Part shown: positions 21,101 to 30,613 of the stretch, piece by piece
Position numbering within the stretch: position 1 is the stretch's first letter
Layout: every line of letters starts with the position of its first letter
Source: Gammaproteobacteria bacterium
Lineage (GTDB): Bacteria > Pseudomonadota > Gammaproteobacteria > JAKEHO01
DNA: 64,000 nucleotides
Reading direction: 5' to 3'
Assembly (NCBI GenBank): GCA_027296625.1
Contig: JAPUIX010000170.1
Coordinates: 10,559-74,558, forward strand
Translations under genes and position numbers: made by a program
Notes under the pieces: generated by a model
The model's database searches: none
Told to the model about the DNA's origin: nothing
What the model saw: the letters and a program-made list of their open reading frames with translations, nothing else

Positions 21101-22021
21101 CCGCAAAGCGGCAACTTGCGCCTTGGCCTCTTGAAAAGATATACCCGCACTGTCAAATAACAGTTCGAAAGATCCAATCGCAAATTGTCCCTCGATCGTC
21201 CTGAGCTTGGCACCGGCCCATCTGGTCCAAACTTGGAGATCAATTTCGCCATGTGCTATATCAAGGTTGGTCTTGACGATGTCGCGGAGCCATGGCCCCG
21301 GATGAATTCCGTGTCCTTCTATGTAAAGTTCCCCGGACCAATCGGAGGTTGTGAGGTCGCCTTGAGCATCTAGGGCGAAATCAAGCCCCTCACCCATGGA
21401 GTGAGGTAGACGGGCAGATCCTTCCAATTGCAGGCGGTCGCCTGCACTTCGAAGTTGCAGTGACACGTCCGTAAAGGACAGTGGTTCGGCCATGGTTTGC
21501 AGGTCGACCCAGGTCACACGCGCCTGTTGGATAGCGAGTTGATTCTGCTGTTGCAGCCAGGTACCCAGGTCGCTGATGGCACCGTCCGGGTCGCTCCAAT
21601 CACCCTCACCCAACCCTTCAACCACGACCGACCTGTCAAGGTTTCGCGTCAGTGACAGCTGCAATCCGGTTATTGTCAGGTGTCCAGGGACCAACTCTTT
21701 TCTAAGCACGCTGTTGATGGGATCGATACTGATGCGGGCATGGTCAAAGTGTGCCATCCGTCCTGTGCCGTCTGCATCCAATAGGCTGATGTTCTTTAGG
21801 TAGAGCTGCGGGCGCCAGCCGCGCCATTCGGCTTCGATGGATTCTATTTCCACCGGCTGGCCCATATAGGCGCTTACCCACTGTTGAATTTGGTCTTGAT
21901 ATTCGCCGATTCCGGGCAGCATAAGCCGCACCGCAGTGACGGTTACGGCTGCCAACAGGGTGACCCCGGCGAATACATACCAGGCGATAGCGAGTGTTGA
22001 TTTAATTAGGCGGATGAGCAT
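18101..22021 (-). CDS. yhdP: YhdP-family (AsmA-like, DUF3971) envelope-spanning lipid transport protein
   Basis: 1306 aa with a single N-terminal TM helix, large size, and the conserved position immediately downstream of rng. Confidence 0.8.
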   Translation of the reverse strand: MLIRLIKSTLAIAWYVFAGVTLLAAVTVTAVRLMLPGIGEYQDQIQQWVSAYMGQPVEIESIEAEWRGWRPQLYLKNISLLDADGTGRMAHFDHARISIDPINSVLRKELVPGHLTITGLQLSLTRNLDRSVVVEGLGEGDWSDPDGAISDLGTWLQQQNQLAIQQARVTWVDLQTMAEPLSFTDVSLQLRSAGDRLQLEGSARLPHSMGEGLDFALDAQGDLTTSDWSGELYIEGHGIHPGPWLRDIVKTNLDIAHGEIDLQVWTRWAGAKLRTIEGQFAIGSFELLFDSAGISFQEAKAQVAALRTTNDGWLINVTRLWVKTPHGAWPEDDIQLRITPLPETGQHRFTGSLRFLQLDDIAPFLARLPVLPPILRRYVLNAAPRGELRRIRFDYRPERKFDERLFLRAHFDDLIADAAADLPGINGLRGSVSGTFGGGELLLDADSLQLEFPKWFKVPLWLDRLEGKIHWTHDEDGWMVTSDLLTIDSEEINATLGGRLAWPGKNWIPTADLVVRFEDVRLEHIARYLPNTVSESDKQWVKDTIAAGWITEGQGVLRGQLDEFPFTEGQGRFEVRASISDGVLNFASGWPQVNDIEANITFKGQSVSFDATHARILNSEIVNVHGEIADVNAAKMLFKGHSTIIGPAKDVQTLIVQSPLASKAVGRQFSTMAFDGAITVDITMEVPLNSRGDYTVQGQVQGTGNSVSSERLGITITDLAGQLEFTEKRLFAEGLEGQLFGRPIQIDISTNYAGGKADTELLLIGTADGAFIADQLIQLESRLALFDERWVDGQTNWQARVRLPTDCCNPENPGQIRITSALEGMGINMPAPLGKAPYETRNSTIVTQISDLTRHDFTFHYSTIVSGKLELHEGPSGPAQNRISIQLGQGTPRLPDNPGLLVRGELAELALSPWLDFLHSHARNAKLSTISLQPETIDIEIGASKLEVFNQWFNDVSLKINHDRQQWVADIRGPEASGSITVPPDPSVAPVHVAFDYLKLDRVTSDEGRRRVDPRQLPALNAHCEALTYGTIELGEARLKTSPVNDGQRLDELVLTSPGVNISAQGDWLINNKEQRSQFDIAVQAEALGELLKQFEYDVTSIEGGETQLNIGAQWEGAPGDFSLATMDGVLYMNIGKGRFLDIDQGVGRVFGLLSFQTLARRLKLDFDDLYQEGFAFDRIEGTFNFENGNAYTNNLVLEGPSARMTITGRTGLATEDYDQVILVTPEFASSLPVASAFFGPVGLGVGAAILLAGQMFKSLPDQIDNVLSHEYTITGSWDDPTIERVNGKNQDTASTPPRFIDGLKK

Positions 22022-22037
22022 CTACGATGCTGTAGCG

Positions 22038-23582
22038 TCACAGTAGAACAATGTCATATTGTTCCTGGGTGTAGAGGGTCTCTACCTGGAATGTAATGGG
22101 CCTGCCGATAAATTCTTCCAGTTCGGCGACACTGGTTGACTCATCGTCAAGGAGCCGATCGACGACTGTCTGTGAGGCTACAACAAGCAATTTCTGTGCA
22201 TCAAATTGACGCACCTCACGAACAATTTCGCGGAAGATCTCATAGCACACAGTTTCTGCCGTCTTGATAGAACTTCGGCCGTTACAGGTAGGGCAGGTCT
22301 CGCACAGGATATGTTCAAGACTTTCACGTGTGCGCTTGCGCGTAATCTGAACAAGTCCTAGTGAGGTGATTTCGCTTATCGTAACATTTGAATGATCTCG
22401 CTCTAGATTTTTCTCCAGCGCGCGCAAAACTTGCCGTCGGTGTCCCGGCTCAGACATATCAATAAAATCAACAATGATAATGCCACCTAAATTCCGTAGT
22501 CGCAGTTGACGTATGACCGCCTGCGAGGCTTCGAGATTAGTCTTAAATATCGTTTCTTCAAGATTACGATGCCCAACGAATGCGCCAGTGTTGATATCAA
22601 TCGTTGTCATCGCTTCGGTTTGATCTATGATGAGATGTCCCCCGGATTTAAGTTGCACTTTACGTTCTAACGCCTTCTGAACTTCGTCCTCTACCATATA
22701 CAGGTCCAAGATGGGAGGTTCGCCGGCGTAATGTTCGATCCGGTCGACAAAATCCGGAATAAATTGCTTCGCGAATTCAAGCACGCGTTGATAGGCTTCT
22801 TGGGAGTCAATGCGCACTTTCTCTATGTCGGAGTCGACCAAGTCACGCATCGTTCGCATGACCAACGGTAGATCTTCATATACGATGCCCGGCGCGAACG
22901 TATTTTCGGCGCGTACCATTACAGAATCCCAAAGCCTTCGTAGAAATTCCATGTCTTTGCACAACTTGTCCTCGCTAACACCTTCTGCGGCAGTCCGAAC
23001 AATGTAACCACCGGCGTTCGGGCCGCTTACTTGTTCTGTGCTTGTCGTCACAATTTGCGTGTCGTCACCTACGACTGCAATCTTCCGTAGCCCAGGATGG
23101 TTGCGAAGCACGATATGCCGAAGCCGATCACGCTCCAAGTCGTCTTCGATCTTCTGGGAAACGCCAACTGTGTGAAACGCTGGCACAAAAACGATGTAGC
23201 GCGACGGAATTGAAAGGTGTGTGGTCAATCGTGCCCCCTTACTACCAAGCGGGTCCTTGATGACCTGGACCAGCACTTCCTGGCCCTCCCGGAGCAACAT
23301 ATCGATCCCAGGAGTGGAAATCCTCGTGCGATTCTCGCCATCTATGTTTGCGGAACCGTCAACCATATCCGAGGTGTGCAAGAATCCCGTCCGGTCAAGT
23401 CCGACGTCTATAAAGGCTGCCTGCATCCCGGGTAGGACCCTGGACACGCCGCCCTTATAGATATTGCCCACTAGACCGCGTCGACTGGATCGCTCGATCA
23501 GGATTTCCTGGAGGACGCCATTCTCTAAGACTGCAACGCGCGTCTCCTGGGGAGTCACGTTAATTAGGATTTCTTCGCTCAT
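22038..23582 (-). CDS. rng: ribonuclease G
   Basis: MSEEILINVTPQETRVAV start, S1 domain (GNIYKGGVSRVLPGMQAAFIDVG), and the RNase E/G catalytic core. Confidence 0.9.
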   Translation of the reverse strand: MSEEILINVTPQETRVAVLENGVLQEILIERSSRRGLVGNIYKGGVSRVLPGMQAAFIDVGLDRTGFLHTSDMVDGSANIDGENRTRISTPGIDMLLREGQEVLVQVIKDPLGSKGARLTTHLSIPSRYIVFVPAFHTVGVSQKIEDDLERDRLRHIVLRNHPGLRKIAVVGDDTQIVTTSTEQVSGPNAGGYIVRTAAEGVSEDKLCKDMEFLRRLWDSVMVRAENTFAPGIVYEDLPLVMRTMRDLVDSDIEKVRIDSQEAYQRVLEFAKQFIPDFVDRIEHYAGEPPILDLYMVEDEVQKALERKVQLKSGGHLIIDQTEAMTTIDINTGAFVGHRNLEETIFKTNLEASQAVIRQLRLRNLGGIIIVDFIDMSEPGHRRQVLRALEKNLERDHSNVTISEITSLGLVQITRKRTRESLEHILCETCPTCNGRSSIKTAETVCYEIFREIVREVRQFDAQKLLVVASQTVVDRLLDDESTSVAELEEFIGRPITFQVETLYTQEQYDIVLL

Positions 23583-23843
23583 TCGTTGGGCGCGCTTATT
23601 CTCGCCTAGGTAAGAAAAACCGACTGCCAATCAAACCCACCTGGCGCCCATTTAACCAAGATGCGGGTTTCTTGGCTAGATGTGGCGAGTGGAGCCCTGC
23701 ATGGGTCAGACCCGATCTCGGCATCTGGGCTTTAGCGAAACTTCGCTCCTCTGGAGTTAGACACTGATCGAACCTACAATTCAGTGTTTACTGGGTACGC
23801 AGGCGTTGCATGCCGAAATATCAGCGCTTAAGCCCAGGGCAGG

Positions 23844-25310
23844 ATGAAGGGATCGACAGTGGAAGCGCGTTTACTGGACCAGCTCCGTCGGATATTACCC
23901 GCCGAGGCCGTGATCGCGGATGAGGAGTCGCTCCGGGCCTACGAATGCGATGGCCTCTCGGCGTATCGCGCGTTACCGGGAGTCGTGGTTCTGCCGGATA
24001 CCATTGCCCAGGTGCAACAGATCCTGTGCCTTTGTCACCAACGACACATCCCGGTAGTCGCACGGGGGGCGGGTACGGGTCTATCGGGTGGTGCGCTGCC
24101 GATACCTGACGGACTGGTACTGAGCCTCACCAAGTTCACGAGCGTCCTGAATGTCGACCCGGTTAATCGGACGGTCAGGGTTCAGCCGGGGGTGCGGAAC
24201 ATCACCATTTCCGACGTGGCTGCGCCATATGGTTTGTTCTATGCGCCGGATCCCTCTTCTCAGATCGCCTGTACCATCGGTGGCAACGTAGCAGAGAATT
24301 CCGGCGGCGTGCACTGTTTGAAATACGGCCTAACGGTTCACAACATTCTCGCATTGAAGATTGTGACGATCGAAGGCGATTTGCTCTCTATTGGAAACAA
24401 TGCGCTGGATGCGCCGGGCTATGATCTGCTTGCAATTCTAACCGGCTCAGAAGGCATGTTGGGCGTGATTGTTGAGGTTACAGTGAAGCTCCGACCCAAA
24501 CCGCAAGATGCCCGGGTCGCATTGGCGGCTTTCGATCAAGTTGACACGGCAGGCACAGCAGTAGCCGATATCATTGCAAGCGGAATCATCCCAGCGGGCC
24601 TTGAGATGATGGACAAGGCAGCGGTACATGCCGCTGAAGCTTTCGTCCAGGCTGGATATCCTACCGAAGCCGAGGCGATCTTACTGTGTGAACTGGACGG
24701 CGCGCCCGATGAAGTGACGGAAGAAATGCAGCATGTTCAGGAGGTGCTGATGCGATCAGGTGCGACCCACATTCAGGTCGCCCGTGATGAGGAAGAACGT
24801 CAAAGATTCTGGGCTGGTCGCAAAGCCGCGTTTCCCGCACTCGGCCGTATCGCTCGGGATTATTATTGTATGGACGGCACGATCCCGAGACGCTGTCTTT
24901 CGGAGGTACTCACGCGCATCAGTGAGCTCTCGGCTGAGTATGGGCTCCGGGTCGTCAATGTCTTCCACGCCGGGGACGGCAATCTTCATCCGGTGATTCT
25001 CTATGACGTCAATGCCCCCGGTGAACTACAAAAGACTGAGGCGCTTGGCGGGAAGATCTTGGAGGCCTGCGTCGCAGCCGGTGGCACCGTGACGGGAGAA
25101 CACGGGGTCGGTGTTGAGAAGTTGAATCAGATGTGCGTGCAATTTAGTGCCGATGAATTGACCCAATTTCACGCCATCAAACGGGCCTTCGATCCACCGG
25201 GGCTACTTAATCCGGGCAAAGCTGTGCCGACCTTACGGCGCTGCGCTGAGTTTGGCGCGATGCACGTACATGACGGCGAGCTCCCGTTTCCTGAGCTCGA
25301 GCGGTTTTAG
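23844..25310 (+). CDS. glcD: glycolate oxidase subunit GlcD (FAD-linked)
   Basis: FAD-binding PCMH domain (VVARGAGTGLSGGALP), followed by glcE and glcF. Confidence 0.9.
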   Translation: MKGSTVEARLLDQLRRILPAEAVIADEESLRAYECDGLSAYRALPGVVVLPDTIAQVQQILCLCHQRHIPVVARGAGTGLSGGALPIPDGLVLSLTKFTSVLNVDPVNRTVRVQPGVRNITISDVAAPYGLFYAPDPSSQIACTIGGNVAENSGGVHCLKYGLTVHNILALKIVTIEGDLLSIGNNALDAPGYDLLAILTGSEGMLGVIVEVTVKLRPKPQDARVALAAFDQVDTAGTAVADIIASGIIPAGLEMMDKAAVHAAEAFVQAGYPTEAEAILLCELDGAPDEVTEEMQHVQEVLMRSGATHIQVARDEEERQRFWAGRKAAFPALGRIARDYYCMDGTIPRRCLSEVLTRISELSAEYGLRVVNVFHAGDGNLHPVILYDVNAPGELQKTEALGGKILEACVAAGGTVTGEHGVGVEKLNQMCVQFSADELTQFHAIKRAFDPPGLLNPGKAVPTLRRCAEFGAMHVHDGELPFPELERF

Positions 25311-25324
25311 TCCAAAACTAGGCG

Positions 25325-26419
25325 TTGCGCCGCCTAAAAGCCGTACCCTTGCCAAAAGCCGATCAGAGCCTCCAGGACCTTGCCGAGGTTGTCAGTGAAG
25401 CCTATGTTGCGGGTAAACCGCTTAGGATCAGCGGTGGGGGGACCAAGACGTTCTATGGGCGGGAAGGCGGGTCTGGCGAGGTCCTTGATGTCAGACCCCA
25501 TAAGGGCATCATCTCCTACGAGCCCAGTGAGCTGGTGATTACGGCCCGAGCCGGGACGCCGCTCAATGAGATTGAGGAGGCCCTTGCCGAAGGCGGTCAG
25601 ATGTTGGCCTTCGAGCCCCCCCATTTTGGTGAGGGGGCTACCTTAGGGGGGACCGTTGCCTGCGCCCTATCCGGCCCTCGGCGCCCCTACGCAGGGCCGC
25701 TGAGGGACTTTGTACTGGGTATCCGGTGCCTGACAGGGACGGGGAAGGCCACGCACTTCGGTGGGCAGGTGATGAAAAACGTCGCCGGTTATGACGTCTC
25801 GCGGCTCTTTGCTGGTGCGCTGGGGACGCTAGGAGTGTTGCTCGAGGTCTCCCTCAAGGTGGTGCCTACGCCGAAGGTCGAGCGGACGCTCCGATGTCAG
25901 GCGTCGATGAAAGAGGCCATCACCTGGATGAATCGCTGGGCAGGCGAGGCACTGCCGCTGTCGGGTGCCGCTTGCGACGGCACCCATCTCACGATACGCT
26001 TGTCTGGTAACGCCAGCGCCGTCGAATCCGCCCATCAGCGGCTGGGTTTGCCGGAAATGCCGGATTCCGGGGGCTACTGGCAGGCGCTCAGAGAGCTGGC
26101 GCTGCCTTTTTTTGCTGATGATGCCCCGTTGTGGCGCTTGTCTGTACCGCCCGCAACCAGCCCCCTGGATCTGCCAGGCCGATGGCTCTTGGATTGGGGT
26201 GGGGCGCAGCGCTGGCTGGTGACGTCGGCGCCGGCTGAGTCAGTGCGTACCCTGGCGCACAAGGTCGGCGGGCATGCCACGCTATTTCGTGGTGGTGACC
26301 GAGCCGGTGAGGTGTTTCAGCCGCTGGCGCCTCCGTTAGCTGTGCTGCATCGCCGTCTCAAGACGGCATTTGACCCCCGTGGGATCTTAAATCCCGGGCG
26401 TATGTACCGCGACATGTAG
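25325..26419 (+). CDS. glcE: glycolate oxidase subunit GlcE
   Basis: FAD-binding type 4 domain, MKNVAGYDVSRL block, and position between glcD and glcF. Confidence 0.85.
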   Translation: MRRLKAVPLPKADQSLQDLAEVVSEAYVAGKPLRISGGGTKTFYGREGGSGEVLDVRPHKGIISYEPSELVITARAGTPLNEIEEALAEGGQMLAFEPPHFGEGATLGGTVACALSGPRRPYAGPLRDFVLGIRCLTGTGKATHFGGQVMKNVAGYDVSRLFAGALGTLGVLLEVSLKVVPTPKVERTLRCQASMKEAITWMNRWAGEALPLSGAACDGTHLTIRLSGNASAVESAHQRLGLPEMPDSGGYWQALRELALPFFADDAPLWRLSVPPATSPLDLPGRWLLDWGGAQRWLVTSAPAESVRTLAHKVGGHATLFRGGDRAGEVFQPLAPPLAVLHRRLKTAFDPRGILNPGRMYRDM

Positions 26420-26448
26420 GACATCGCAATTGCACGATCCCAGTTGAC

Positions 26449-27666
26449 ATGCAGACGGCACTCGCAAGCGAGTTCAAAGACACGCCCGATGGGTGGGAAG
26501 CGGACACGATATTGCGAACCTGTGTCCACTGCGGGTTTTGCACGGCAACCTGCCCAACCTACCAGTTACTTGGGGACGAGCTGGATGGACCGCGAGGACG
26601 TATCTACCTCATCAAGGGCTTGTTGGAAGGCAAAGAAGCGGGCCGCGCCACCCAGGTTCACCTGGACCGCTGCCTGACCTGCCGAGCCTGTGAGACGACC
26701 TGTCCATCGGGTGTTGCGTTCTCGCGTCTCCTTGACATCGGTCGAAAGCACATCGAAGCGAAGGTCCAACGACCACCCTTAGAGCGGCTCACGCGCTACC
26801 TTTTGCGAAAGACCCTTCCCTATCCGGGGCGCTTTGACTCCGTGTTACGCCTTGCTCAGTGGCTCCGCCCGCTGATGCCTTCAAGCCTCAAACGCGCCAT
26901 CCCGGCAAAGACGCGTGCACTTCCTTGGCCACAAGGCGATCATCGCCGAAAGATGCTGCTGTTTGAGGGTTGTGTGCAGCCGGCCCTTGCGCCCAATACC
27001 AACAGAGCCGCCGCGCGCGTCCTTGATCGGCTTGGGATTCTTGCGGTCAGGGCAACCGCCGCCGGCTGCTGTGGGGCGATTAGCCACCATATGGCAGCGG
27101 GCGACGAGGCACAGGGGTTAGCGCGTCGAAACATCGACGCGTGGTGGCCCCATATCCAGGAAGGGGCCGAGGCGATTGTGTGCACGGCGAGTGGCTGTGG
27201 CGCGATGATTAAAGACTATGCACAGATCTTGCGCAAGGACCCAAATTATGCGGATAAGGCCGCACAGATCGCCACGATGGCAATGGATCCCTGTGAGGTA
27301 TTGGGCGAGCTTGATCTCAATGCCCTGACGATTCGCCCGGATATCCCGAAGCGCCTCGCCTTTCATTCCCCCTGTACACTGCAGCACGCGCAACAGCTAA
27401 ACGGCATAACTGAGGCGCTCTTGAGGCGGCTCGGTTTTGAACTGACGCGGGTTCCCGACAGCCATCTCTGCTGTGGTTCGGCCGGAGTATACTCGCTGCT
27501 GCAAAGGCCCTTGGCCCGAAGACTCCTACACAACAAGGTTGAGGCGCTGCAGGCTGATCAACCTGCGCTCATTGCAACCGCCAACATCGGTTGTCAGATG
27601 TATATACAGCAGGCGGCAGACGTGCCGATCCGTCACTGGATCGAATTACTGGACCCGCAGCAGTAG
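26449..27666 (+). CDS. glcF: glycolate oxidase iron-sulfur subunit GlcF
   Basis: Two ferredoxin-type clusters (CVHCGFCTATCP, CLTCRACETTCP) plus CCG domains. Confidence 0.9.
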   Translation: MQTALASEFKDTPDGWEADTILRTCVHCGFCTATCPTYQLLGDELDGPRGRIYLIKGLLEGKEAGRATQVHLDRCLTCRACETTCPSGVAFSRLLDIGRKHIEAKVQRPPLERLTRYLLRKTLPYPGRFDSVLRLAQWLRPLMPSSLKRAIPAKTRALPWPQGDHRRKMLLFEGCVQPALAPNTNRAAARVLDRLGILAVRATAAGCCGAISHHMAAGDEAQGLARRNIDAWWPHIQEGAEAIVCTASGCGAMIKDYAQILRKDPNYADKAAQIATMAMDPCEVLGELDLNALTIRPDIPKRLAFHSPCTLQHAQQLNGITEALLRRLGFELTRVPDSHLCCGSAGVYSLLQRPLARRLLHNKVEALQADQPALIATANIGCQMYIQQAADVPIRHWIELLDPQQ

Positions 27667-27786
27667 CGGCGCTGCCTGCTAAAGTACACGGGATATGGCT
27701 GGTTCGGATACTGCCCGGGCGCCCGTTCGGGGGAGTGGGTATCAAGGTGCATGTTGATCCGTAGGCAAACGCCTGGGCTGGGCGCA

Positions 27787-28656
27787 CTATTCAATCAGAA
27801 GAATATCGTCAAATTCCTCGTCTTCTAGCTCTAGTTCGTCGTCGATGAATTTCTCAATATCATAATCTTCCGCTGGCGGGTGACCATCGTAGATCAAGAA
27901 AGTGCGGCGCTGACGATAGGCTTCTCGCGTGAAGGTATAGGGATCAATCGCGGCCTGATCGCGCAGGCGGGTGGCGTCCAGAAGGTTCGCCCGTTTGTTG
28001 ATGATGCCCACTGCGGCGACGGGGATCAGAATAACGTTGGCAATGGAAAAGTAGAATAACGGGTTGGTTAGGAGGCTCGTGCCATAGTCCGGCACGTCAC
28101 GGGGCGTACTTGGACCGAGAAATGGGATCACGAGATAGTCCCCTTCGCCCGAACCCCATTTGGCCAGGGTTTGCCCAAAGTCCTCTTCGTGCCTTGGCAG
28201 CCCGATGGCCGTTCCAACGTCAACGATCCCGCCAATGCCCAGCGTCGTATTAAAGATAAAGCGTGCTACATCGCTGCCCGTCTGATCGACCTTGCCCTGA
28301 AGGATGTCATTGAGGATAACGTTAAGATAGGCAAAATTCTCGTAGACGTTGGTTATGCCGGTGCGGAGCAGCTGGGGCGTGATCGCGACATAACCCTTGG
28401 CGATGGGTTTAAGAATGGCTCTATCGAGGGCATCATTAAAATTGTACGATGGCCTGTTGAACGAATATTCGAGCGGATCGTTGCTTGAAGCAGCGTCTTC
28501 TTCTGTCGCTTCCACGTCCATCGCTGCGGCTTTCGGCATATCTGCCTCCGCCGCTTCGGAAGCGGTGGATTCGGCACTTGCCCCGCTTCCAAGCAGGAAG
28601 AGGATCATGAGCCAAAGACAGATCGTAACGCTTCGGGGTCCTTGTTGGCCGTTCAT
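27787..28656 (-). CDS. MlaA/VacJ-family outer-membrane lipoprotein
   Basis: Signal/lipobox-like N-terminus, NDPLEYSFNRPSYNFND and FGQTLAKWG blocks. Confidence 0.8.
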   Translation of the reverse strand: MNGQQGPRSVTICLWLMILFLLGSGASAESTASEAAEADMPKAAAMDVEATEEDAASSNDPLEYSFNRPSYNFNDALDRAILKPIAKGYVAITPQLLRTGITNVYENFAYLNVILNDILQGKVDQTGSDVARFIFNTTLGIGGIVDVGTAIGLPRHEEDFGQTLAKWGSGEGDYLVIPFLGPSTPRDVPDYGTSLLTNPLFYFSIANVILIPVAAVGIINKRANLLDATRLRDQAAIDPYTFTREAYRQRRTFLIYDGHPPAEDYDIEKFIDDELELEDEEFDDILLIE

Positions 28657-28740
28657 AGGGCCTCTTTGTTATTGATGATTGGTTATTGAACGTAACTTGT
28701 CGCAACGATGGCACTGCATGCTGCAACAGGATCGCTCGCT

Positions 28741-29361
28741 TCAGTTTGCCGCAATTTTATCGTACTCGGCTGTCTTCTCCCTTATCTCGGCTAAGAGCGC
28801 ATCAAAACCCTGATCTCTTATGACGGCGGTGTATTCGGCGCGCTTCAATGACAGGTCGCTTACGCCGTTGGCAATCACATTGAGGATGTACCACCGCCCG
28901 TTTTTTTCGTGGAGGAGATAATCGAGATGCACGATCTCTCCGTCCGCCTTCACTAGTTCGGTTCTTATAACGACACGCCCGCTCTCTAGTCGTTCTACAT
29001 TCGCGGGCCGGAATGTTTCTTCGTTGTATTCATCGAATAGGGAGGCCGCTGCAGCGATACCGTAACCAATGAAGGTCTTTATGAATTCGGTCTTTTGGTC
29101 ACGATCGAGTGTCTTCCAGTACCTGCCCAAGACCAGTCTGCTGATGTACGGCACGTCGAAGCTTGAGATGAAAACCGGCTTAAGCTGCTCATAACGTCCG
29201 CTATAGCCGAGCTGGTCAGCATTCTGCATGACATCGAGTAGGGTGGACTGGAACCGGTCGACGAGCTCACTGGCCCCCGACTCAGGAGCAGCCTTCGATG
29301 ATGCGGATACCAACGACATCGAGAGAAGCACAACCAGCAGAGCATTGAACACGTGTCTCAT
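28741..29361 (-). CDS. hpnM: hopanoid-associated MlaC/Ttg2D-family periplasmic lipid-binding protein
   Basis: Signal peptide, MlaC-like FDVPYISRLVLGRYW block, and location beside hpnB and hpnH. Confidence 0.65.
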   Translation of the reverse strand: MRHVFNALLVVLLSMSLVSASSKAAPESGASELVDRFQSTLLDVMQNADQLGYSGRYEQLKPVFISSFDVPYISRLVLGRYWKTLDRDQKTEFIKTFIGYGIAAAASLFDEYNEETFRPANVERLESGRVVIRTELVKADGEIVHLDYLLHEKNGRWYILNVIANGVSDLSLKRAEYTAVIRDQGFDALLAEIREKTAEYDKIAAN

Positions 29362-29485
29362 CGTCGCATTAACACCCTGATTCCATCATATTGATTGGGA
29401 CCTTAGGCAACATAGCATATTTTTTTTTGGTGTGCCGGGATCTGTCTAAGATCCCGATTCCGGCTTATTTGCTCGCGTGGCCAAG

Positions 29486-30613
29486 TCATCCATTATCGGC
29501 AGCGTCTGCATAGGTGCGGCCTTTCCAACGGGATCCTTCGCCAGCCCAGTGGCGAATCGCTGAAGTCCAGGTCATCGCCAGGTAGAGCATGCCAATCACG
29601 GGCAACCAAACGGCCCACGCGCTGGACAAGCCGTAATACTTGAGCGTCGGCACATAGCTCAACGCCATGGCGGCCAATGTGAGGGCGGAAAGCGCTCGTA
29701 CGCCGTCTGAGGCAAAAAACACGCCCGCCATGGGGAGGGTGAAGGCCGCCAGGAGCATCAGGGTACATAATACCAGCAGCCCATTGGAATAGCGGAGCTG
29801 GGTAAAGGCGGTGCGGGCTACGGTATTCCAGACGCTCCGAAGGCGCTCATAGGAACGAATGCTCCGGACCGAATGGGTAAGCCCTATCCAGGTGTGACCT
29901 CCTTGCGCCTTGATGCATTGCGCCAGAGCACAATCATCGATCAATTGATCTTTTAGCGCATGAAACCCGCCAATCTTATCGAGCATGCTTGTGCGAAGCA
30001 GTATGCATCCACCTGCTGCGGCGGCAACGGCGTGTGCCGGAGAGTTTGACAAACGGAAGGGATACAACAGTTTGAAAAAGTAGATGAAGGCCGGCATCAA
30101 GAGCTTTTCCCAGAATCCCACCATTCGTAATTGTGCCATGAGCGAAATGGCCTGTAGATCCTCTGCCTCCAGTTTTTGTTGAAGTGTTGCGAGAATGCCG
30201 GGTTTCAGTTCAATATCGGCATCCAATAGCAGCGTCACGTCCGTGTTGACGTACGCCCGTCCTTGCTCCAGCGCCCAGAGCTTGCCACTCCAGCCGGATG
30301 GCATCGGCTTTCCGGAAACAACTTCGAGATTCTCCAGATGAAGCCTGCGCGCGACGTTGGCGGTACTGTCGTTGGACTGATCGTCGATCAGAATGATCCG
30401 GAGATTGTTTCCTTGCCGGGCGAGCGCAGGCAGTGTGGCCTCAATGACGCTGGCCTCATTCCGTGCCGGGATGAGTGCGGTGATGCGACTTAGATCAGGT
30501 TTGCCTTCGGGATTTGCATCCAATGACTCTTTAGTGCTCCATGGTCGCCATGGCAACGCCAGGATGCCTAACCAGATCAGCGCCCCCGGTAATACCAGGT
30601 AGAGCCACGTCAT
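29486..30613 (-). CDS. hpnB: hopanoid-associated family-2 glycosyltransferase (HpnB type)
   Basis: N-terminal TM helix, ALIPARNEA, IDDQSNDST, and the PSGWSGKLWALEQG block typical of HpnB. The start abuts the hpnH stop (TGAATG). Confidence 0.65.
   Translation of the reverse strand: MTWLYLVLPGALIWLGILALPWRPWSTKESLDANPEGKPDLSRITALIPARNEASVIEATLPALARQGNNLRIILIDDQSNDSTANVARRLHLENLEVVSGKPMPSGWSGKLWALEQGRAYVNTDVTLLLDADIELKPGILATLQQKLEAEDLQAISLMAQLRMVGFWEKLLMPAFIYFFKLLYPFRLSNSPAHAVAAAAGGCILLRTSMLDKIGGFHALKDQLIDDCALAQCIKAQGGHTWIGLTHSVRSIRSYERLRSVWNTVARTAFTQLRYSNGLLVLCTLMLLAAFTLPMAGVFFASDGVRALSALTLAAMALSYVPTLKYYGLSSAWAVWLPVIGMLYLAMTWTSAIRHWAGEGSRWKGRTYADAADNG

Noticed and set aside
29420-29455. T9 tract followed by a perfect 7-bp hairpin (GGGATCT-GTCTA-AGATCCC) between hpnB and hpnM
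   Set aside because: I considered it as an intrinsic terminator. On the transcribed (minus) strand the hairpin is followed by an A-run rather than a U-run. On the plus strand the T-run precedes the stem. The orientation is wrong for a terminator either way, and any function as a stabiliser or UP-like element is unsupported.
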